A stretch of 29,567 nucleotides of DNA, from positions 1 through 29,567 of the forward strand of contig DATHNK010000306.1 in NCBI GenBank assembly GCA_035486075.1, given 5' to 3'. The notes beneath the pieces are model-generated. The model made no database searches. It was given only the letters and a program-made list of their open reading frames with translations, and was not told the DNA's origin. Within the stretch, counting starts at the first letter, position 1. Each line of letters begins with the position of its first letter. Below are positions 18,023-24,206 of the stretch, in pieces. This stretch comes from Bacteroidia bacterium (GTDB lineage: Bacteria > Bacteroidota > Bacteroidia > JABEUT01). A program made the position numbers and the translations under genes.

Positions 18023-19297
18023 TCATTTCACATTCATTAGCTGGTGCCCAATGGCGCAATTAACACATTTCCGTTGGTCGCAATATTCTTTTCGTAATTG
18101 TAGTAAAGCTTGTGTTTCGTAAGCATCGGAGGCATGAATGCCGATAGATTCCCACTTTTTAATGATGCTATTCTTTTCCGGTTTTATAATGCGAAGAACA
18201 TCCAGCGCTTTTTCCGATATTTCTTCTTTGCCTGTATTTCTGCCATAAATAAACATGGTCGGGATAACAGCATTTATCATCAATATCTCTATGGTTGATT
18301 TGCCTATGGCTCCCGCTTTGCGGGTAGATAATTTATCGGGTTGAAAATGTGTTACCCAATACTCCGATGGTTTTACAGAAAATAACTTAATGATATCATA
18401 TTCCGTATTAGCTTCCATTGCTTCGCGGAATAAATGCTCCTGTGAATGAATGACGGCAGCCAATTGTGCAAGCCTTATGGTAGGAAATTGAGGAGGCCTG
18501 ATGCGCATAAACTTCCACTCTGATTTTGACATGGGCGTTAGATTCAGTTTATGTTTCAAATATTGATATTCCTTTTGTAAACGGCTTATATATTCATCCA
18601 TAAAATCACCCTCCAGAAAACCCGCCTGGCCTAATAATAAAGCTTCTACTTGCAAAATATCTGCCCGGTGCTTATGTAAAACTTTAAATGGTAAAATAGT
18701 TGCAAGTCTTTCAAATGGCTCTGAATTCAGTGGGTTGCCAAGCGTTCGCAAAATAAGCCGGTAAAAAGTTTCCTCCCAATCATTAATACTTTTCTCCAAA
18801 TTGGAAGAGATGAGATTTGTTTTCCGTTCCAACCGTTCCGCCACCAGTCTATCTAACCATGCAGTCAGAGGTAATTGATCGATCTTTTTTATTTCGTTTT
18901 CGCAAGGAATACTTTTTGATGAATTCTTCAACTCTTCGTATTTTTTGTAAATATCCTTTTCTACAAAGCCTTTCAGTTCAAGTGCAGGAAGCACGAAATT
19001 GCCCGGCAATTCTATATCCCTGTCATTTTCCCAAACCACATGAAGAATAACATTTTTATAGGCTCCGTCATACTGATGTTTATGCTTAAACCAATCGGAG
19101 GATTTAATATGTACTTCCACATTTCCGGCCCACAGTGTTTCAGCAATTCTGATGTGGGCGTTAAAAAAATCAGGGCCGGCATCGGAATTATGTAAACCGC
19201 AACGAATAATTTCAATTGCTTTTCCATCAGTTGTTTTCAGAACCGAACGGTTGAACAGGGTATGTTTCCAGATATATTGCAAAAACTCCTCCGTCAT
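18023..19297 (-). CDS. DUF2851 family protein
   Basis: E.FLQYIW, NSDAGPDF, GNVEVH..SSDW..HKH..D..Y..VILHVVW, RP.QFPTIRLAQLA, C-terminal C-x4-C-x2-C; 424 aa. Recognised from memory of the family. Confidence 0.85.
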   Translation of the reverse strand: MTEEFLQYIWKHTLFNRSVLKTTDGKAIEIIRCGLHNSDAGPDFFNAHIRIAETLWAGNVEVHIKSSDWFKHKHQYDGAYKNVILHVVWENDRDIELPGNFVLPALELKGFVEKDIYKKYEELKNSSKSIPCENEIKKIDQLPLTAWLDRLVAERLERKTNLISSNLEKSINDWEETFYRLILRTLGNPLNSEPFERLATILPFKVLHKHRADILQVEALLLGQAGFLEGDFMDEYISRLQKEYQYLKHKLNLTPMSKSEWKFMRIRPPQFPTIRLAQLAAVIHSQEHLFREAMEANTEYDIIKLFSVKPSEYWVTHFQPDKLSTRKAGAIGKSTIEILMINAVIPTMFIYGRNTGKEEISEKALDVLRIIKPEKNSIIKKWESIGIHASDAYETQALLQLRKEYCDQRKCVNCAIGHQLMNVK

Positions 19298-19340
19298 GCA
19301 CTTTTAGTTAAAAGTTCATAAAGTTAGAAAAATTAATTAT

Positions 19341-20078
19341 TCAGGGTTTCCTGCAGATAATAATCAGGCGGTCGGAATGGATGGAATCAAATTTATGAAG
19401 TTGATAATCGCCTAATATTTCAATTATTTCAAATCCACATCCGGTAATAAATTCAGCTAATTTTGTTTCTGTAAAAACACGTATCTTTTCAGAAAAATGG
19501 TGCTCAAATCCACCATCCCTGATCTTAATTTCCTTTATAATTATATCATTCTCCACAAACCTTTCAATGGTAAAGTGAACGTCCCCCACAGAAAATTCTT
19601 CATACCCCAACAAATTAGTGGCGGTTTTTTCTCCATTCATGTAATCCAGCACAAATGTTCCACCCTTTTTTAATGAATTGTAAACATTTGCCAGAACCGC
19701 TTTGTTTTCATCATCCGTATCAAAATATCCAAAGCTTGTGAACAGGTTAAATACATAGTTGTATTTGAGCGGCTCAAGCGGCATACGCATATCTTGTTCC
19801 ACAAATAAGAGCGTATCATTTTCATGTTGCTTTGCGGCCGTTATTTTCCGTTGGGAGAGATCGATGCCTGTAACGTTATAACCCATACGGTTGAGGGCAA
19901 TGGAGTAACGGCCTTTACCACAAGCCAAATCAAGCATGATAGCATTTTTGGGTGGGGATAAATGCTTTACCAGATTATCAATAAACATATCCGCTTCTTC
20001 CTGATCTCTTTCTTTATAAAGGAAATCATAATAAGGGGAGTCGAACCAATTTCTATACCATTCTTTTTTCGGGGACAT
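19341..20078 (-). CDS. Class I SAM-dependent methyltransferase
   Basis: LDLACGKGR motif I, GIDLS, DMR, NLFTSFGYF. ATG 20078 preferred over the track's TTG at 20087. Confidence 0.88.
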   Translation of the reverse strand: MSPKKEWYRNWFDSPYYDFLYKERDQEEADMFIDNLVKHLSPPKNAIMLDLACGKGRYSIALNRMGYNVTGIDLSQRKITAAKQHENDTLLFVEQDMRMPLEPLKYNYVFNLFTSFGYFDTDDENKAVLANVYNSLKKGGTFVLDYMNGEKTATNLLGYEEFSVGDVHFTIERFVENDIIIKEIKIRDGGFEHHFSEKIRVFTETKLAEFITGCGFEIIEILGDYQLHKFDSIHSDRLIIICRKP

Positions 20079-20095
20079 GGAATGCAATTACATTA

Positions 20096-20103
20096 CAAAG
20101 GTA
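20096..20103 (-). promoter_or_regulatory. -7 promoter element for the methyltransferase/DUF2851 genes
   Basis: Reverse complement TACCTTTG in the gap between the peroxidase-like gene and the methyltransferase. Confidence 0.5.
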
Positions 20104-20141
20104 ATACAAAGTGATAAGTAGAGAGAAGTGAGGAAAAACCA

Positions 20142-21194
20142 CTAATAATGCATGCTGGGGTCAGCAAAACGGCGGTCATGGAGAAAAGTCTGGTCGGTGA
20201 GTGTTTTCAGAAATGCAATAATGTCTGCTTTATCTAATTCAGTAAGCTGAATGCCTTTGATTAGTATAGGGTCAGCGTGGCTTTCAGGGCTGAATTTTTT
20301 AGTGTAATGGTCCATCACTTGTTTCAGGGTTCTGAATCTGCCATCGTGCATATAGGGGTATGTCATTTCAATATTTCTTAGGGTAGGAACTTTGAATTTC
20401 ATAAAGTCTTTCATATCCCCATTGCTGGAAGCAACCCCCGAATCTTTCAGGTTTGTATCCATAGGTAAGCCTGTATTTCGGAATGTATTATCGGTAAACA
20501 ATGGTTCTTTATGACATTGGGCACAGTTATCCCGGAATAATTGCAGGCCGCTTAATTCAGCCATAGAAAAGGTATCCTCGCCCCGCATATATTTATCGTA
20601 GCGGGAATTGGCGGAAATCATAAGTCCTGTAAACTGTGCCAGTGCTTTTAATGTGTTGCGGGAATTTACAACGCTATCATTAAAGGCAGTTTTAAACATA
20701 GAGACATAGTCCTTATTTTGTTGTAGCTTTTTTATAATATGCTCTATAGTTTCATTCATCTCAATCGGGTTGGTAATAGGAGCCAGGGGCTGCACTTCCA
20801 GGTGGTTAATTCTCCCATCCCACATAAATGAATTACTCCATGCAAGGTTTTCAAGCGGAGGCACATTGCGTTTTCCAATCAGTCCATTTATACCATGGCT
20901 AAGGGCATGATCGATATGCGCAAAGCCCGCAATGCGCTGATGGCAAAATCCACAACTGATGGAGCTATCTTTTGAAAGGATTGGGTCATAAAAAAGCTTA
21001 CGGCCAAGTACAAAGCCCGCGGGAGTTGGCTTATTATTTTTAAAATCGTAGAATGGTTTAGGAAATCCTTGCGGTATTTTAAACTCCACGTCCTTTTGAG
21101 AAATAACGAAATACTTGTTATCGGCGATAAAACCCGCTAAAAGCAGGAGAAAAAATAAAGGGAAAACAAAAAAATAAATGAGTTTCCGTTTCAT
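20142..21194 (-). CDS. mbnH: Di-heme cytochrome c peroxidase family protein, MbnH/MauG-like
   Basis: Two CXXCH motifs (CGFCH 20940-20954; CAQCH 20511-20525), LGRKLFYDP.LS, FMWDGR, FKVPTLRNI..TYPYMHDG; N-terminal export signal/anchor; directly downstream of an mbnP-like gene. Family call is firm, the mbnH name comes from context. Confidence 0.8.
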   Translation of the reverse strand: MKRKLIYFFVFPLFFLLLLAGFIADNKYFVISQKDVEFKIPQGFPKPFYDFKNNKPTPAGFVLGRKLFYDPILSKDSSISCGFCHQRIAGFAHIDHALSHGINGLIGKRNVPPLENLAWSNSFMWDGRINHLEVQPLAPITNPIEMNETIEHIIKKLQQNKDYVSMFKTAFNDSVVNSRNTLKALAQFTGLMISANSRYDKYMRGEDTFSMAELSGLQLFRDNCAQCHKEPLFTDNTFRNTGLPMDTNLKDSGVASSNGDMKDFMKFKVPTLRNIEMTYPYMHDGRFRTLKQVMDHYTKKFSPESHADPILIKGIQLTELDKADIIAFLKTLTDQTFLHDRRFADPSMHY

Positions 21195-21200
21195 GCAGTA

Positions 21201-21941
21201 CTATTTACCTGTATCCATAACGCTAAACATAGTGGAATACTTATCCGCAATAGCTTTTGCATTGTGAAAATCTGTAACAGAAGATAGTTTGGAAAAATCA
21301 ACCGGATCGGGATCGGAAAACAGATGATTCACATCTGCTTTTATTTCTACGACACTAGTATTTCCTTCTCCTATTTTAAGTGGGTTATTAAATTTTAATT
21401 GAATTTTCCGGATGCAATTATTGGGTTCTTTATATCCGCCAATATGAAATTCCAACCGCTTTCCAGTGGAATTCGAAACTGACGATATGCCTTCCATTTT
21501 AAGAAATATATAGCCCGAGTTCCATGCCCAAAACATACCATTTACAGGATCCAATGCTCCTGATTGCGCACCGCTGCAATTATCGGCGCTATCTACACCG
21601 AGAGTGAAACTGACTGAAATATGTTTACCTTCAGGAATATTATCCAACTTTATTTGCATCGAGCTTTCATCGTCTTGGTTTATCAAAAAATATCCCGCTG
21701 AAACAAACTCTTTACCTGCTAAATTCATTAAATGAAAATTCCCTACATAATACTTGAACATGGTAACCTTATATGTTTGCCCCAATGAATTTTTATATGT
21801 TGCCGAATCAAGTTTCAATAGTGCATCGTCAACATAATTTTCAAAATGAATAAGTAGCTTCCCGTTTGGCGGGGGGCTAAATGACATAGCAGCCACCAGG
21901 GCTGCTATGCATAGAACACTATAAACTAGTTTTCTAACCAT
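21201..21941 (-). CDS. mbnP: MbnP family protein (WxW motif)
   Basis: FKYYVGN, LGVDS..N..GA..GALDP.NGMFWAWNSGYIFLKMEG, EFHIGG; signal peptide; adjacent to a MauG-like gene. Confidence 0.85.
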   Translation of the reverse strand: MVRKLVYSVLCIAALVAAMSFSPPPNGKLLIHFENYVDDALLKLDSATYKNSLGQTYKVTMFKYYVGNFHLMNLAGKEFVSAGYFLINQDDESSMQIKLDNIPEGKHISVSFTLGVDSADNCSGAQSGALDPVNGMFWAWNSGYIFLKMEGISSVSNSTGKRLEFHIGGYKEPNNCIRKIQLKFNNPLKIGEGNTSVVEIKADVNHLFSDPDPVDFSKLSSVTDFHNAKAIADKYSTMFSVMDTGK

Positions 21942-23191
21942 TATTGAACCTTAACTATCTTTTTTGTATAGGATGTATTGGACGTTTGTAAACGTAATAA
22001 ATAAACCCCTGCCGGATAGGATGTAAAATCAATGGAATAACTCATGCTTGGCTGCAAATTGCGGTATGCTTTCAGCATTTTACCGGTTATATCATACAAA
22101 GCACCGGCAATGTTATTATCGCTGGACGGATCAATATAAAAATAGGCGTAATCTGTTACCGGGTTCGGGTCAAGCGAGACTGTGATAGTTTTCTTAATTG
22201 TTGGTACAGTTGTATACACTTTAGTAGAATCTGTTGGTGTATTATGTCCTCCCGATGGGCCTGTGTTACCGTTTTGAACAATTCCGTAATAGGTCAATCC
22301 AAGTGTATAGGGATAAACAGGATTTAAAGCCGAATCAATTGTAACGAAGTAAGCGTAAATTCCTGAAGGATATTCAGGGGTTACACAAAACCGGCCGTTA
22401 TTTGTATCCAAGTCTCCGGAGCCAGGGATATATTTATAATCCTGTAAAAAATCACCTAAAGGATAAGTGCCGCTTACTGCTGGACCATAGTCTGCAGAAG
22501 ACAATATAGTCCCGTTCGGCAATGTGTCTCTGTTTATCATGCTAGTACGCAATTGATAGGAAGAGCGCATCCTCCTTACAGCACCGGCTACATTTGGATT
22601 GGAATAACCATACGCTCCATAAATGGGATAGCCATCAAAAGCATAGCCGATAATTGGGGAATGGTGCGTACTGTCAGCATCATTATATAGGCACTTAGGG
22701 TTTACGTGATTGTGGTAACATCCGCCCGGGGCAGGATGGCCTAGGCAATTATCAAAACTGGAACCTTCAAAATAATAGGCATTGCGGTCCCAATAACCTT
22801 GGTTATTATACGACATGGCATCCCAGGCATTAAATATGGCAACACCATTGCTCCATACCCCAATTTGTCCGCCTCCGGGAGATGTTTTTGTGCCTGTATT
22901 TTGCTTTGGGTGAAGGGTTATCATAAACACAAAATTCTGGTTCAGTGGTACGTTAGGGTCACCTGCCCATGGGCCAATACTATAGCCGGGAACGCTGGCG
23001 CAGCTTATATAAACATTGGCTGTATCATACTGTACAACGGTAACATTTGATGGAATTCCACCATATCCGGTATCTCCCGCAAGGTTAAGAACCCAGGAGG
23101 TAATCGCAGGATTTAGCTGCGCGGATGCCTGAAGAACGCAAGCGATGATAATACTTGCCGAAAAAACGATTTTTTTAATTTTAAGTTTCAT
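21941..23191 (-). CDS. YHYH-domain protein with T9SS C-terminal sorting domain
   Basis: Signal peptide; IGVWSNGVAIFN, DNCLGH...YHNH..PKCL, PIIGYAFDGYPIYG, GSGDLD..NGRFCVTPEYP.G.YAYFVT; C-terminal PNP...YDITGK...GVYLL...KKIVK. Confidence 0.88.
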   Translation of the reverse strand: MKLKIKKIVFSASIIIACVLQASAQLNPAITSWVLNLAGDTGYGGIPSNVTVVQYDTANVYISCASVPGYSIGPWAGDPNVPLNQNFVFMITLHPKQNTGTKTSPGGGQIGVWSNGVAIFNAWDAMSYNNQGYWDRNAYYFEGSSFDNCLGHPAPGGCYHNHVNPKCLYNDADSTHHSPIIGYAFDGYPIYGAYGYSNPNVAGAVRRMRSSYQLRTSMINRDTLPNGTILSSADYGPAVSGTYPLGDFLQDYKYIPGSGDLDTNNGRFCVTPEYPSGIYAYFVTIDSALNPVYPYTLGLTYYGIVQNGNTGPSGGHNTPTDSTKVYTTVPTIKKTITVSLDPNPVTDYAYFYIDPSSDNNIAGALYDITGKMLKAYRNLQPSMSYSIDFTSYPAGVYLLRLQTSNTSYTKKIVKVQ

Positions 23192-23223
23192 ACCTGTTAA
23201 ATTAGGGGTTATCTATTACAATG

Positions 23224-23231
23224 CAAAAGTA
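23224..23231 (-). promoter_or_regulatory. -7 promoter element for the YHYH-mbnP-mbnH unit
   Basis: Reverse complement TACTTTTG, 32 nt upstream of ATG 23191. Confidence 0.6.
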
Positions 23232-23337
23232 TACCGCCCGAACAGGTTAGGTGTTATGGTTTAACTTAAAAAAGTTATAAAATTCTATTTATCACCTGAT
23301 TTTACCAGCTAAGTGGCCGGAATATCCGGCTGTCCGC

Positions 23338-24090
23338 TTATTCGTTATCAGTCGGTGGGGGAGGTGGTGGCGTATTGCCTGCAGGTTGATTAGAAGAGGA
23401 GCCCCCAAAAATAAAACCAAGGGTGAAAGTAAATCCAATATTATGGCCCGCATTCCAAGTTCCATAATAAAAGTTATAAAATGAACCACCATTATTATTG
23501 TCATGTTGCAAAGCTGAATTAATGGAATTACTGTATCTCCCTTCAATATAGAAATGAGGGGTTATATTATAATAAATACCAATATATGGACTAATATCCA
23601 ATGCATTTAAATCAATAGGAGTAGGAATGCTTTGAGTTGAATATGAATAACTTATCAATGCGCCAATTGAGGCACCCGCTTCAATTCCATACCTATCAGT
23701 TGCAACATTATGTAAATTAAAATGTATTTGCCTTTTGAAGCCAATTACAACATCTACATAATTCAAAGTTAACGTAAAATAATCATTCAATCCAATACCT
23801 GTTATATTTCCAGTAACTCCATAGGTTGTATCGTAGGCTGGAGTCTGCTGTGCCCCTTTTTGAATATAGCGGATCTCCATTTGCATAATAGTCTTTGGGC
23901 TAATCTTTGCACTTACAGTGCCAGCAACTACAAAGCCTAAATGCTTATAATCCGCATCATTATCAATATTATCGGTACCCGGCATATCCGAAACACTGGC
24001 ACCTGCATAAAACCCCGCCCTGAAAATTTGAGCATTTGAGTACTGTAAATAGGGGAATATTAGTAAAAGTAACAGTGTTAATCGTTTCAT
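23338..24090 (-). CDS. Outer-membrane beta-barrel protein (PorT/porin-like) with Pro-rich C-terminal tail
   Basis: Signal peptide; alternating strands (FRAGFYAGAS, MEIRYIQKG, FYIEGRYS, FTFTLGFIF); tail ending PPPPPPTDNE. Confidence 0.75.
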   Translation of the reverse strand: MKRLTLLLLLIFPYLQYSNAQIFRAGFYAGASVSDMPGTDNIDNDADYKHLGFVVAGTVSAKISPKTIMQMEIRYIQKGAQQTPAYDTTYGVTGNITGIGLNDYFTLTLNYVDVVIGFKRQIHFNLHNVATDRYGIEAGASIGALISYSYSTQSIPTPIDLNALDISPYIGIYYNITPHFYIEGRYSNSINSALQHDNNNGGSFYNFYYGTWNAGHNIGFTFTLGFIFGGSSSNQPAGNTPPPPPPTDNE

Positions 24091-24119
24091 TTATATTGAT
24101 GTTAATGATGTGATTTCCG

Positions 24120-24127
24120 CAAAGATA
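24120..24127 (-). promoter_or_regulatory. -7 promoter element for the beta-barrel gene
   Basis: Reverse complement TATCTTTG, 29 nt upstream of ATG 24090. Confidence 0.55.
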
Positions 24128-24194
24128 TAATTTTAGACGATATTTTTAATGAACTTCCATCCTCATATTCTAATTTCAAGTGTATAATTATTTA

Positions 24195-24202
24195 TATGTT
24201 TG
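24195..24202 (+). promoter_or_regulatory. -7 promoter element for the TPR adenylate cyclase gene
   Basis: TATGTTTG, only 4 nt before ATG 24207. Confidence 0.45.
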
Positions 24203-24206
24203 CTTT

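Noticed and set aside
20142-21941. Methanobactin biosynthetic gene cluster
   Set aside because: No MbnA-like precursor ORF, no MbnB/MbnC (DUF692) and no MbnT in the window; mbnP-mbnH alone does not imply methanobactin synthesis.
23316-23330. Intrinsic terminator after the beta-barrel gene
   Set aside because: GC-rich 6-bp stem is present but there is no U-tract on the minus strand; not called as a feature.
23292-23546. 84-aa ORF and the other short ORFs overlapping major genes in the track
   Set aside because: They are alternative-frame or antisense shadows of well-supported genes with no recognisable motifs.
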